A stretch of DNA of 64,000 bases from Bacteroidia bacterium (GCA_044368575.1 JBIPPH010000002.1:2198-66197), one strand, 5' to 3'. Shown: positions 9,801-17,960, numbered from the stretch's first letter. Notes: a model not told the origin generated them from the sequence alone. Made by a program: numbers and translations.

Positions 9801-11755
9801 TTAAGCGCACTGAATGCTGCAGCAACTTGTACACCACTGACTTTAATCAGAGTATTGACTGTGAAAGTGTCGTAACAAGTCCCTCTGTTAGAGGAGCGAC
9901 TGTATTGAACACTGTATGCCCCTGGCAAAAGAGCAGCAGTTATGGAATCTCCAGTAAATGCGTATTGTATAAATGAGCTATCGCGGTGCTTGAATACCCA
10001 ATGGTGATTAAAGGTTTTGTAGTATTGTGAGTCTTTGTATTGCACACGCATGCGCACTAATTGTTTGGTACAAACCAAGGAATCATAGACTTTGAATTTA
10101 GGTGTTGGTGAGCCTACCCAAATGGCTTTAGGAATGGTGATGGAATCTTTACAAGCAATGGCATTGTAGGCTAATAATTTGACTGCGTGAAAACCTGTAT
10201 CATTTAAAACCACATTGGCTTGGGCATTGGTGTCGCGTTTGATTACAGTATTATTGTGGTCGTAAAATGTCCATTGATAGCGATTAGGCGCCTTGGGACT
10301 TCCCGCTTTAGTTTGGTTGGCAAACTGTATGGTTTCGCCTTTGCAAGGCGTCAAAGGCTGCCAAGTAAAAGTTGGTTGAATTGCTTGACTGCTGATGGCC
10401 TGCTTTTGCCAAACAGTATCTGAACAGCCATTATTGCCTTTGCAGATCAATCTGACATCGTATTGTCCTAATTGATTAGATAAAAAAACGGCATTGTTTT
10501 GATTGCTATTGAAGATTGACAAATTGGGTGCAGAGGATTTAAACACATTCCATTGACAAGTATAGGTATTGGGTGCGGCCATTTTACTAGAGTCTAATAA
10601 GGCAAAAGTATCTGCCGCCAAACAGGACCACTTAATCGGTATTTGAACACGGGCTAAAGGCCCTGTTACGGTTAACAATGGTGCGTAATTTTTAGTCGAT
10701 ATACAGCCATTAAAGCTATCTGTTAAAACTAACTGATAAGCGCCAATTTGATTGAATTTAACTTTAAAACTTGCAGGGCCTAATGATTGACTTAGCACCT
10801 GATTCGGTTGCCAAACACACTTTACCCCTTTTGACCTAACATTTTTAACTTGCAATAGCAAAGACTGATTACCACATATGCTGTTTTGATTGAGCGCTAT
10901 GCTTAAGGGTAAGGTATCTGCGAATTGTAAATACTGTTTTTTCTGATGTACGAACTGACAGCCTTGCAAAGTGGTTGCAATCAAACTGACGTTGAAACTA
11001 TCGGAACTATTGTATTGAATACCATTCGCATGACAAGCAATCTTTTGATTGGGCGTTGCGCCTGGAAACATCCATTTCCATTGCGCTATTTGAAATTGAG
11101 TAGAATCGGTAAGATTAGTAAACTGCAGTGTTTGAGGGATACAGCCTGAGGTTTTATTCACAGTAAAATTGACTGCCATTGAATCAGACACATAAACAGC
11201 GCTGTCAAAAGTGGCCTTACCTTCACAACCAAAACTATCTTTCATAAACAAGGTAATGGCTTTATAACCCTGTGGTACGGCGAATTTCACATACATGGCA
11301 TTGGCCGCATTGCTGTACAATTGGTTCTGAATGAGCCAATCTCTGTATACCGTTTTATTGGTGAGATCTTTCAGTAGAAAACTATCATTGGCCTTGCACT
11401 TAACTTGTTTATCAAGACTAAATTGAGGCTTGGGTATAGGTTTGGCTTGTACAATATTCTTTGCGGTTAAAAAACAATTACTGCCGTTTGGGTAAGTCAA
11501 TTTTAGTTTTACCTGATAATTGCCTGCAACCGTATACAGCTTAGTAAAGGTGCTATCTGCAGAAATATAGCCCGATCCAAAATCCCATTCAAAAGTAGTG
11601 CCTGCTGGAAATTGATGCACTTTGAACTTAATAATTTTAGGCACACAAACCACCGTATCATCAGACGTTACATACACCTTACCACATTGTGAATAAGCAG
11701 TCTGTTGAAAACAAAACAGCAAACAGAACCATATGATCAATCTGTTGCAAGACAT
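6842..11755 (-). CDS. giant cell-surface protein with PKD/Ig-like repeats, FN3-like modules and T9SS type B (gliding motility-associated) C-terminal domain
   Basis: 1637 aa with an N-terminal signal peptide and many Cys-containing ~80-90 aa beta repeats. The C-terminus (VPNVFTPNKDGHNEVF...FNRWGEQVF...GWDG) matches the type B sorting domain signature. Confidence 0.8.
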   Translation of the reverse strand: MSCNRLIIWFCLLFCFQQTAYSQCGKVYVTSDDTVVCVPKIIKFKVHQFPAGTTFEWDFGSGYISADSTFTKLYTVAGNYQVKLKLTYPNGSNCFLTAKNIVQAKPIPKPQFSLDKQVKCKANDSFLLKDLTNKTVYRDWLIQNQLYSNAANAMYVKFAVPQGYKAITLFMKDSFGCEGKATFDSAVYVSDSMAVNFTVNKTSGCIPQTLQFTNLTDSTQFQIAQWKWMFPGATPNQKIACHANGIQYNSSDSFNVSLIATTLQGCQFVHQKKQYLQFADTLPLSIALNQNSICGNQSLLLQVKNVRSKGVKCVWQPNQVLSQSLGPASFKVKFNQIGAYQLVLTDSFNGCISTKNYAPLLTVTGPLARVQIPIKWSCLAADTFALLDSSKMAAPNTYTCQWNVFKSSAPNLSIFNSNQNNAVFLSNQLGQYDVRLICKGNNGCSDTVWQKQAISSQAIQPTFTWQPLTPCKGETIQFANQTKAGSPKAPNRYQWTFYDHNNTVIKRDTNAQANVVLNDTGFHAVKLLAYNAIACKDSITIPKAIWVGSPTPKFKVYDSLVCTKQLVRMRVQYKDSQYYKTFNHHWVFKHRDSSFIQYAFTGDSITAALLPGAYSVQYSRSSNRGTCYDTFTVNTLIKVSGVQVAAAFSALKGCNPFSSQASARLTFNYNFKNNNGLGVNYLYKNPYDTNWVVNRNPTLNPSTYRFKKSGAFDFSVVYAHASTCKDSIGLPRVIAGVYADFQPGNYACVNKALALVNRSDKAAIAYKWFLKDSISVAQFLPNDTAQQAKIVFKRPGVFKVGLIAFGNGACTDTVFQTLYVNQISAQFNSPDTLSYCAPVIARISAIKHPAILQYKWLINQKDTLADNLSNFAYLMTKNTGPIGYDVRLVVQAYGCNDTVLKKNYLRIMGPIPKFDVSIKQGCEPLQVRFNNQSLYYKKFFMEYGDGSVLDSVNLKQHAYKVYDRALPKVTYVPVLSILDSTGCFAQFIGDTIQVFRGPQSKFTVNNDTGCSNLQVTFRNNSVGAVKSEWDYEGDQTIDYVGFSNKHTYAAGSFAPMLITTASNACTDTLKQSVKIRSYEHPLIDFTQTGDSICYQTTLQFFAQSKGLSTVKKWLWDFGQNYSYTDTSTQSNPKYTFTQSLNSVVTLLAFDQNNCSDTAQHLVHVHDTAGIPSKPIHYVSVDNNNNIRVQWAQNQMRYFKAYQLMRDNSGQYGLVYSSQLRNDTQTTLLKSTGINVNASRYCYVMKTKDVCNKLGSPAYPHCTILLNINNDSSNLLELNWLPYDGWGLNNVARYRIYRSVNASSFQLIDSVSGNSTQYKNDLLCPNSYCYYVQAVQRNGRFTSNSNQVCKSPAYTAPSKLVELLRTTVLPNGSTYTQWLPYKTVKQVNHYVVSKTYPSGSTNSYYAQVDSQGFIDVKSVDTKNNSYQYSVRAVDHCGAESPSALPHNTILLKGKAQEYTAQLNWNQYLKWYSGVKQYEVQVRRTDSFKTIAYLPKNQNTLTYDFSKENLEDSVCFLVKAIKDSSTYLESVSNCFCVLANAKITVPNVFTPNKDGHNEVFLPKAIFIFNQPGHPVKSYHLTIFNRWGEQVFASDDLGIGWDGYYKGQLCPDGHYVYRIQALALDGVTTFDIHGVFSLLR

Positions 11756-11768
11756 GGGTTTGGTGACT

Positions 11769-11776
11769 CAAAAATA
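11769..11776 (-). promoter_or_regulatory. candidate -7 promoter box TATTTTTG upstream of the giant surface protein gene
   Basis: The reverse complement matches TAnnTTTG. It lies 13 nt upstream of the ATG at 11755. Confidence 0.4.
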
Positions 11777-11808
11777 CAACAAATTCGCGAGAAGTTAGTA
11801 AAATATAG

Positions 11809-11816
11809 TACTTTTG
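11809..11816 (+). promoter_or_regulatory. candidate -7 promoter box TACTTTTG upstream of the TPR-like lipoprotein gene
   Basis: Exact TAnnTTTG match, 7 nt before the ATG at 11824. It is divergent from the box at 11769-11776. Confidence 0.45.
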
Positions 11817-11823
11817 CCTTACC

Positions 11824-12528
11824 ATGAAACGTACCCACTTAGCCGCCTTACAACTCTTCGTTGCACTCGTGATTATCGTATTAGGATTTTCTGCTTGCAA
11901 CAAGCCGCAAACTTCAGACAATTGGAAATCTGTTTATGAGCAGGCCTATAAAGCCCATGATTACACAACTGCTTTAGTGGCTTTAAACCAATTGGTCATC
12001 AGTGATAGTAGCAACAATAAAGTGTACTATGATTCAATGGCTTTCTATTACATCAAAAAACAACACAACTATCAAGCCGGCCAATTGTATGTTGACAAAG
12101 GTTTAAAATTAGACCCTAACAACTTTAATTTATTAGAGTATAAGAGCATTTTTTTAAGTGCTGAAGGACAAATTGAGGCGTCAAGAAATTTATTGAGCAA
12201 GGCTTATGAATTGTCTAAATTAAATAAGCACTTGTACATGTATGCTACCACTTTTGCCAACGAAAAGAAAATGGATGAATACAGCAAAATCGTGAATGGC
12301 ATTTTGTACAACAACGCCGCTAAACCTGAAAAGGTTGAAGTTTCAATCGATGACAACAATTCTCAGATGATAGAATTAATAGCTTTGTGTTACTTAGACA
12401 AAGCCAAAATTGCTAAAAGCCCTGCTATGGTCTTAACGTATTTAGATTCGGCTTTGCTTTTGGAACCGAATTATCAAGAAGCTTTGTATTATAAAAACCA
12501 ATTTACTGGCAATCAAGCGCCGCGTTAA
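11824..12528 (+). CDS. TPR-like lipoprotein, function unknown
   Basis: Signal peptide with a lipobox-like LGFSAC, followed by helical repeat-like sequence. Confidence 0.5.
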   Translation: MKRTHLAALQLFVALVIIVLGFSACNKPQTSDNWKSVYEQAYKAHDYTTALVALNQLVISDSSNNKVYYDSMAFYYIKKQHNYQAGQLYVDKGLKLDPNNFNLLEYKSIFLSAEGQIEASRNLLSKAYELSKLNKHLYMYATTFANEKKMDEYSKIVNGILYNNAAKPEKVEVSIDDNNSQMIELIALCYLDKAKIAKSPAMVLTYLDSALLLEPNYQEALYYKNQFTGNQAPR

Positions 12529-13070
12529 ACACGAGGTTTCCAGTTCACTTCTGGAATGCCTTGTACTTGGGCAACTTTTCTGGCCAATACGAATAAGTAA
12601 TCAGACAATCTGTTGACGTATTTGAGAATATTAGGGTCAACATGTTGCAATTCATCCAACTGAACAATTAAACGTTCTGCTCTGCGGCAAACGCATCTGG
12701 CCACATGGGTATGTGCAATCTCTGCACTACCAGCTGGTAAGATAAACGCTCTTAATTCAGGCAAAGCTTCATTCATGGTATCGATGGCTGTTTCGAGCAT
12801 TTCAATATCGCTGGTTTTTAAATCAGGTACTACCATTTTACTACCAGGTGCTGAAGCCAATAAACTGCCTAAGGTGAATAAACGGTCTTGAATTTCAGAG
12901 AGCAAATGTTTGTTCAAATCATCAGACACAAAAGACCTCAACAAACCGATATGGGAGTTTAATTCATCAATGGTGCCATAAGCTTCTATGCGCACATGAT
13001 GCTTTGATACTCTATCGCCTCCGATTAAAGAGGTTTGACCTTTGTCGCCGTTTTTGGTGTAAATTTTCAT
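12525..13070 (-). CDS. PduO-type ATP:cob(I)alamin adenosyltransferase
   Basis: N-terminus MKIYTKNGDKGQTSL is characteristic of the PduO/MMAB family; 181 aa. Confidence 0.85.
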   Translation of the reverse strand: MKIYTKNGDKGQTSLIGGDRVSKHHVRIEAYGTIDELNSHIGLLRSFVSDDLNKHLLSEIQDRLFTLGSLLASAPGSKMVVPDLKTSDIEMLETAIDTMNEALPELRAFILPAGSAEIAHTHVARCVCRRAERLIVQLDELQHVDPNILKYVNRLSDYLFVLARKVAQVQGIPEVNWKPRV

Positions 13071-13096
13071 ACGTATGAATTAGAAACAATCGAATC

Positions 13097-13798
13097 TTAC
13101 TTTTGTTCGAATTGCGCGTTAATTTGATCTGATTCCACTTTTCCGTCGCGAATTCTCACTATTCGTTTGGCATGTTGTGCAATGTCCTCTTCGTGTGTAA
13201 CAAGAATGATGGTATTGCCCTTGGCATGAATGTCTTTGAACAATTGCATGATCTCAATGGACGTTTTGGTGTCCAAATTACCTGTGGGTTCGTCTGCTAA
13301 TAATATACTTGGGTTATTCACCAAAGCGCGAGCCACTGCCACACGTTGCCTTTGACCGCCTGATAATTCATTGGGTTTGTGCAAAATTCTGTCTTGAAGG
13401 CCTACACTTGTAAGCACTTCTTGAGCTTTGGCTAAGCGGTCTTTTTTATTCCATCCAGCATAGACTAAAGGCAAGGCTACATTCTCCAATGCAGACATTC
13501 TTGGCAATAAATTAAAAGTCTGAAACACGAAACCAATTTCTTTATTTCTGACTTCAGCCAAGGCGTTTTCTGTCATGCTGCTGACATTGGTGTCATTTAA
13601 GATGTATTGGCCTTCAGAAAACACATCTAAACAGCCAATGATATTCATGAGTGTTGACTTACCTGAACCCGATGGGCCCATTAAAGCCACATACTCTCCT
13701 TTGTAAATTTCTAAGTCAATTTGCTTTAAGGCGTATACTTTTTCATGGCCTACTGTGTAGACCTTCTGAACACCTTTTATGTCAATGAGTTTTTGCAA
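13097..13798 (-). CDS. ABC transporter ATP-binding protein (MacB/LolD-like)
   Basis: Walker [10 protein letters not shown], signature LSGGQRQR, Walker B LLADEPT. No permease gene is adjacent. Confidence 0.9.
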   Translation of the reverse strand: MQKLIDIKGVQKVYTVGHEKVYALKQIDLEIYKGEYVALMGPSGSGKSTLMNIIGCLDVFSEGQYILNDTNVSSMTENALAEVRNKEIGFVFQTFNLLPRMSALENVALPLVYAGWNKKDRLAKAQEVLTSVGLQDRILHKPNELSGGQRQRVAVARALVNNPSILLADEPTGNLDTKTSIEIMQLFKDIHAKGNTIILVTHEEDIAQHAKRIVRIRDGKVESDQINAQFEQK

Positions 13799-13799
13799 A

Positions 13800-14096
13800 T
13801 TATTTGTTTTGGTCTATCACTTTTGGCACCCTAAAATAATCAGAATCTTTTTTAGGCGCGTTCTTTAACAATTCATCTTTGGTAAAAGATTGAACCACTT
13901 CATCTGTCCTAACATTGTTCTGGGTATTGGTCATGTATATCAATGGCTCAACCCCAGTGGTATCAACTTGATTCAAAGACTCAGCAAAATTTAACATGTT
14001 TTCTAAATCCTGGCGAATACTTTGTTTGGTCGTATCGTCAAATTCAAGTCTAGCCAAATGTGCTAGTTGATCGATTTTTTCATCTGTGATCTTCAT
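13800..14096 (-). CDS. gatC: Asp-tRNA(Asn)/Glu-tRNA(Gln) amidotransferase subunit C
   Basis: 98 aa with a GatC-like LAHLARLEF...VDTTGVEP pattern. Confidence 0.75.
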   Translation of the reverse strand: MKITDEKIDQLAHLARLEFDDTTKQSIRQDLENMLNFAESLNQVDTTGVEPLIYMTNTQNNVRTDEVVQSFTKDELLKNAPKKDSDYFRVPKVIDQNK

Positions 14097-14823
14097 GAAG
14101 TATATGGTTATGGATTAAATCTTGTTTGATGGTTTGGTAAATTTCATCTTTTAATTGGTCCGCATCAGCATCATTTAGATGATTGGTTAGGATTGGCCGA
14201 TGAATCGTACATCTGATACTTCCCGGATAGAATTCAAATTTTTCATCGGGCAAACGTTTGAAATTATTCAAGAAACTAATGGGCACAATGGGTACCTTGG
14301 CTTCAATGGCCATTTTAAATGCCCCATTTTTAAAGGGTTTAATTTCTGGGGTTCTGTTCCAAATGGTGCCTTCAGGAAAAATCAAAACACTGTAACCTTT
14401 AGCTAAACGCGCTTTGGCTTCTTCAAAAGCTCTGTGAGCATCTTTAATGGATTCTCTTTTAACGGCAATATCAACCGTTCTGAAGAAGATGCCAAACAAA
14501 GGGATTTTAGCCAATTCATGTTTGCCAATAAAACATACTTTTAAAGGCGCAAATAAGCCCAAAACAACAATGTCTAAGTAGGAAGTATGATTGGCCACAA
14601 AAACACAAGGCGTTGAAAACTGTTCTTTCGAATACTTGATTATGGGCCATGAAGCGGTTAAGAGTATAGTTGTCCAAGCCCAAAATTTTCGCAAAGCATT
14701 GGCCAATGGATACATTGATTCATGACTTAAAAAAATCAGGAACAGAGGGTAATACAACAAAAACTGCCCGGCAAATACAATGGCGAACCACAGAAACCCT
14801 ATTTTGCCAAGCATTTTTTTCAA
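14080..14823 (-). CDS. plsC: 1-acyl-sn-glycerol-3-phosphate acyltransferase family protein
   Basis: HX4D motif (NHTSYLD) and FPEGT motif, with N-terminal TM segments. Confidence 0.8.
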   Translation of the reverse strand: MKKMLGKIGFLWFAIVFAGQFLLYYPLFLIFLSHESMYPLANALRKFWAWTTILLTASWPIIKYSKEQFSTPCVFVANHTSYLDIVVLGLFAPLKVCFIGKHELAKIPLFGIFFRTVDIAVKRESIKDAHRAFEEAKARLAKGYSVLIFPEGTIWNRTPEIKPFKNGAFKMAIEAKVPIVPISFLNNFKRLPDEKFEFYPGSIRCTIHRPILTNHLNDADADQLKDEIYQTIKQDLIHNHILHEDHR

Positions 14824-15341
14824 GGTTTTTTGGTTTTTGCTCTTAAGAAAAAGGCGATGATGGCACTGAAAAATAAACCTCTTGCTGCACCTAAATACAA
14901 TTGGTATTTGAATTGGCCGCTCACCGCATAAGAATCTCTGATGGCTTGTTCGTTATCTGCAATTTCTTTAGCATTTAGCTTACCGATGTATTTACTTTCA
15001 TGAAATTGCTTCATTTTAAGATCCACAAACTGGGTAATGACTTCAGGATTGAATTGAGCCATATAAGAATAAAACAATGACACAGAAGAAGAAATGATTA
15101 TGCTTAAGAAAAAGCCTAAGAAAATCGCTTTACCAATTAAAAATTCTTCAGCATTTTCTTGCTTTACAGTTCTCAGAAATAAAGTCATGGCAACAAATGG
15201 AATCACTACAAATTCACCCAAAACTGAAATGATATGCCATTTAATATCTGGGCTGTTGGCTACATAAAGCATGTAAATGTAACTCATAGCAGCGGCAGCA
15301 CTTCCGAAGGCTAAACCATAGATCAATAATTTTTTGCTCAT
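14820..15341 (-). CDS. DUF4199-like multi-pass membrane protein
   Basis: 173 aa with four predicted TM helices. Family assignment is from memory of Bacteroidetes DUF4199 proteins. Confidence 0.5.
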   Translation of the reverse strand: MSKKLLIYGLAFGSAAAAMSYIYMLYVANSPDIKWHIISVLGEFVVIPFVAMTLFLRTVKQENAEEFLIGKAIFLGFFLSIIISSSVSLFYSYMAQFNPEVITQFVDLKMKQFHESKYIGKLNAKEIADNEQAIRDSYAVSGQFKYQLYLGAARGLFFSAIIAFFLRAKTKKP

Positions 15342-15420
15342 AAATGTTTTGCAAAACTAAATTAAAAAATTCATGTGAACGCTTTGTTTTGTCAATTAAT
15401 TATAGAAAATTTGCAACCCT

Positions 15421-15978
15421 ATGGAATTGAAAGATATAGTAGCAATTGCAGGCATGCCTGGTTTATACCATGTGATCGGTCAAAGAAAAAATGGTTTAAT
15501 AGTAGAAGCTTTAGATGGTTCAGGTAAAAAAATACCTACTGCAGCCAACACTAAAGTTTCCATTTTAGCCGATATCGCCATGTTTACCATGGAAGGTGAA
15601 GAGCGTTTAGCCAGCATCTTATTAAACATTCACAAACAAAGCAAAGCAGGTCTTACTGTACCTGATAAAAAAGCAAATGACGATGCATTTCCTCAATTCT
15701 TAGGTAAAATTTTACCTAATTACGATAACGAACGCATTTACTTATCTGACATGAAGAAATTGGCCGCTTGGTTCAATATTTTAGCAGATAAATTGGATTT
15801 TGATGCGCTTGAAAAATCATTGCAAGAAGAAGATGCCACTGACGAAGATGGTAAAGCTGAATTGAAAGCTAAAGCTGAAGCCAAAGCCAAAGTAGAGAAG
15901 CCTGTTAAAAATGTAGCCCCTAAAGGCGACACTAAGAGCAAAGGTAAATCTGTTGGCACCATCAGAAAAATGGCCTAA
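15421..15978 (+). CDS. DUF5606-like protein with Lys/Ala/Glu-rich C-terminal tail
   Basis: The N-terminus LKDIVAIAGMPGLY resembles the Bacteroidetes DUF5606 family. The tail (KAELKAKAEAKAKVEKP) is low-complexity. Confidence 0.5.
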   Translation: MELKDIVAIAGMPGLYHVIGQRKNGLIVEALDGSGKKIPTAANTKVSILADIAMFTMEGEERLASILLNIHKQSKAGLTVPDKKANDDAFPQFLGKILPNYDNERIYLSDMKKLAAWFNILADKLDFDALEKSLQEEDATDEDGKAELKAKAEAKAKVEKPVKNVAPKGDTKSKGKSVGTIRKMA

Positions 15979-16037
15979 GCCAATTTGTTTTTGGGATTTG
16001 TCCAAAATCAATTAGATTTGCACCTCCTTAAATAAAG

Positions 16038-16108
16038 GGTCGGATGGCCGAGAGGCTAGGCACGGGTCTGCAAAACCTTTTACAGCGGTTCGAATCCGCT
16101 TCCGACCT
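16038..16108 (+). tRNA. tRNA-Cys (anticodon GCA)
   Basis: Hand-folded cloverleaf. Acceptor GGTCGGA/TCCGACC, T arm AGCGG-TTCGAAT-CCGCT, anticodon loop CTGCAAA, 4-nt variable loop. One mismatch at the top of the anticodon stem. CCA is not encoded. Confidence 0.85.
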
Positions 16109-16118
16109 CCCTCAAAAA

Positions 16119-16149
16119 AACCATGAACTTGTTCATGGTTTTTTATTTT
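16119..16149 (+). terminator. rho-independent terminator after tRNA-Cys
   Basis: 10-bp stem AACCATGAAC/GTTCATGGTT with a 2-nt apex, followed by TTTTATTTT. Confidence 0.7.
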
Positions 16150-16158
16150 GTATAAGTC

Positions 16159-16342
16159 CTCGTCAAGCTCGCTTGTAAGAGGATGTTACAAAATAAAAAG
16201 CAAGCGACGATAGTCGATTGTTTTTTGAGGGAAGGCTACACCACACCAGGATATCCAATCCGCCTCATGTCAAGCTCGCTTGTAAATGGCGTTGGGGCAT
16301 AAAAAATTCTGCGACAGCAGAAGGTTTTTTGAGGGAAGGCTA
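16159..16342. repeat. two tandem ~105-bp units with conserved ends and a variable hairpin core
   Basis: GTCAAGCTCGCTTGTAA occurs at 16162-16178 and 16269-16285. TTTTTTGAGGGAAGGCTA occurs at 16221-16238 and 16325-16342. Each unit has an A-run, a hairpin and T6 (16201-16226 and 16307-16330). Confidence 0.8.
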
Positions 16343-16347
16343 AATAA

Positions 16348-16645
16348 CAGAGTGAGAATGAGAGTGAGAGTGAGAGCTGCAATGTCTCTAGTTTAACATC
16401 TTTTTTCGTCTCGAGGGTGTTCTTCACCCTCGAGTATTTTTTTTAAATCATTTAACCGCGATTAATCTGGTTGGTGTTGTCACCAAACATATTGTATCAC
16501 CATTCTCGTTTGGTGTGAAGAACACACCAAACACATTTTAGTGTAAGTGCAAGTGTGATTCCGAGAGCGAAGACAAATACCCCCGCTCTCGGAGTCTCCT
16601 CCGAATCTGTCAATACAGAGAAGGAGGACTCTCATTCTCACTCTG
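16348..16645. repeat. 298-bp inverted-repeat-bounded, hairpin-rich element (MITE/REP-like)
   Basis: CAGAGTGAGAATGAGAG at 16348-16364 is the exact reverse complement of 16629-16645. Internal perfect hairpins lie at 16410-16434, 16509-16531 and 16561-16592. No credible ORF. Confidence 0.75.
16410..16444 (+). terminator. strong terminator-like hairpin inside the IR-bounded element
   Basis: 10-bp perfect stem CTCGAGGGTG/CACCCTCGAG with a 5-nt loop, followed by TATTTTTTTT. Confidence 0.6.
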
Positions 16646-16650
16646 AATAG

Positions 16651-17133
16651 CTATTCTATCTCAAAGAAAATAGGCAAGCGCATTTTGGCTTTAACGGGTT
16701 TGCCATTATTGGAGGCAGGTGTCCATTGTCCGTTTGTTAATTTGACGACCCGAATGGCTTCGTCAATTAAATCAGGATGTTGTTTGTCCGCATTGGGGCA
16801 TGATATGTTAGATACTTTTCCGGCAGTGTCAACTACAAAATCGATCAACACTTTTCCGCTAATGCCTTTATCCAAAGCCTTAGGTGGATACTTGATTTGA
16901 TTGGTAATGAACTGACTTAAGGCAGACATACCCCCTTTGAAATTAGGCATCACCTCAGCAACAACTAATGGGGCTTGCGTTTTTACTGTATCAAGCTGTG
17001 CGGTTGACAAGTCACCAGCAATTGATTTTTTGAGGGAATCTGATGTATTGGCTGCGGCAGATGGCATGCCCAATACCATTGAAAACCCAAACACAAGGGC
17101 GAATAAGATTAAACGAATCATAAGGTATTTCAA
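16651..17133 (-). CDS. TonB C-terminal domain protein
   Basis: Signal/anchor N-terminus, then PNFKGG...YPPKALDKGISGKVLIDFVVDTAGKV, typical of the TonB_C fold. Confidence 0.75.
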   Translation of the reverse strand: MKYLMIRLILFALVFGFSMVLGMPSAAANTSDSLKKSIAGDLSTAQLDTVKTQAPLVVAEVMPNFKGGMSALSQFITNQIKYPPKALDKGISGKVLIDFVVDTAGKVSNISCPNADKQHPDLIDEAIRVVKLTNGQWTPASNNGKPVKAKMRLPIFFEIE

Positions 17134-17210
17134 AGATAATCAGCAGATGTGGCATTTGCAAAACTTGTATTTTCAAGATTTTTTATCAATCTTTGAAGTG
17201 AGCTAAAGCC

Positions 17211-17960
17211 TTGAACAACAACAAAACACATATCTATTTCGCTTCTGATTTCCATTTGGGTGTACCAAGTTTTGAAGCTTCTCTTGAAAGAGAAAAAAAG
17301 ATTTGTGCTTGGCTCGATGCCATTGCACCAAATGCTAAAGCGCTGTATTTAGTAGGTGATATTTTTGATTTTTGGTACGAATACAAACAAGTAGTTCCTA
17401 AAGGCTTTACCCGATTATTAGGCAAATTAGCCCACTTAAGTGACCAAGGGCTTAAAATCTATTTTTTTAAGGGCAACCACGACATGTGGACCTTTGGGTA
17501 TCTAGAACAAGAAATTGGATTAAAAGTCATAGATGCAGAACACACTTTTACAGCAGGTCAAAAAACCTTTTATGTGCATCATGGTGACGGCGTTGGCCCT
17601 GGAGACAAGGGTTACAAATTCATAAAACGCATTTTCAGACATCCTTTAAGCATTAAACTATTTGGATTTTTACACCCAAGAATTGGTGTAGGTTTAGCGC
17701 AATACTTATCTCGAAAAAGCAGAATCAGTCAAGGGCAAAACGACAAGCAATACAAAGGGGATGAGAATGAGTTCATCGTTCAACATTGCAAACAGATACT
17801 TACCCATACCCACTATGATTACTTTGTATGTGGGCACAGACACTTTCCTATTACCTTGGCTTTGAATGAACAATCAAGCTATATCAATTTAGGCGAATGG
17901 GTAAATGATTTTACCTATGCAGAATTCAATGGTGAAACCCTTGAGCTAAAACACTTTTAG
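17211..17960 (+). CDS. lpxH: UDP-2,3-diacylglucosamine diphosphatase
   Basis: Calcineurin-like metallophosphoesterase motifs SDFHLG, GDIFDFW and GNHD. The ORF-track start is TTG. Confidence 0.8.
   Translation: MNNNKTHIYFASDFHLGVPSFEASLEREKKICAWLDAIAPNAKALYLVGDIFDFWYEYKQVVPKGFTRLLGKLAHLSDQGLKIYFFKGNHDMWTFGYLEQEIGLKVIDAEHTFTAGQKTFYVHHGDGVGPGDKGYKFIKRIFRHPLSIKLFGFLHPRIGVGLAQYLSRKSRISQGQNDKQYKGDENEFIVQHCKQILTHTHYDYFVCGHRHFPITLALNEQSSYINLGEWVNDFTYAEFNGETLELKHF

Noticed and set aside
13097-13798. ABC ATPase next to gatC and plsC, considered as part of a novel operon.
   Set aside because: Adjacent housekeeping genes on the same strand are common in compact Bacteroidota genomes, and no functional link can be argued from sequence alone.
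16159-16342. Possible CRISPR-like array (repeat, variable spacer, repeat).
   Set aside because: There are only two units, the period is ~105 bp, each unit has two different conserved boxes, and there are no cas genes in the window. This does not match CRISPR architecture.
16236-16427. 63-aa minus-strand ORF (…LSLSLSFSLCYL…).
   Set aside because: It is a translation artefact of the GAGTGA hexamer-like repeat and the tandem units. Composition is low-complexity and nothing supports the start context.
16038-16650. tRNA-Cys followed by 540 bp of repeats, considered as a possible integrated element or att site remnant.
   Set aside because: No integrase, excisionase or phage/ICE gene lies within reach, and no direct repeat of the tRNA 3' end is present. 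Only an inverted near-copy of the trailer occurs. It is kept as a repeat finding, not called a mobile island.
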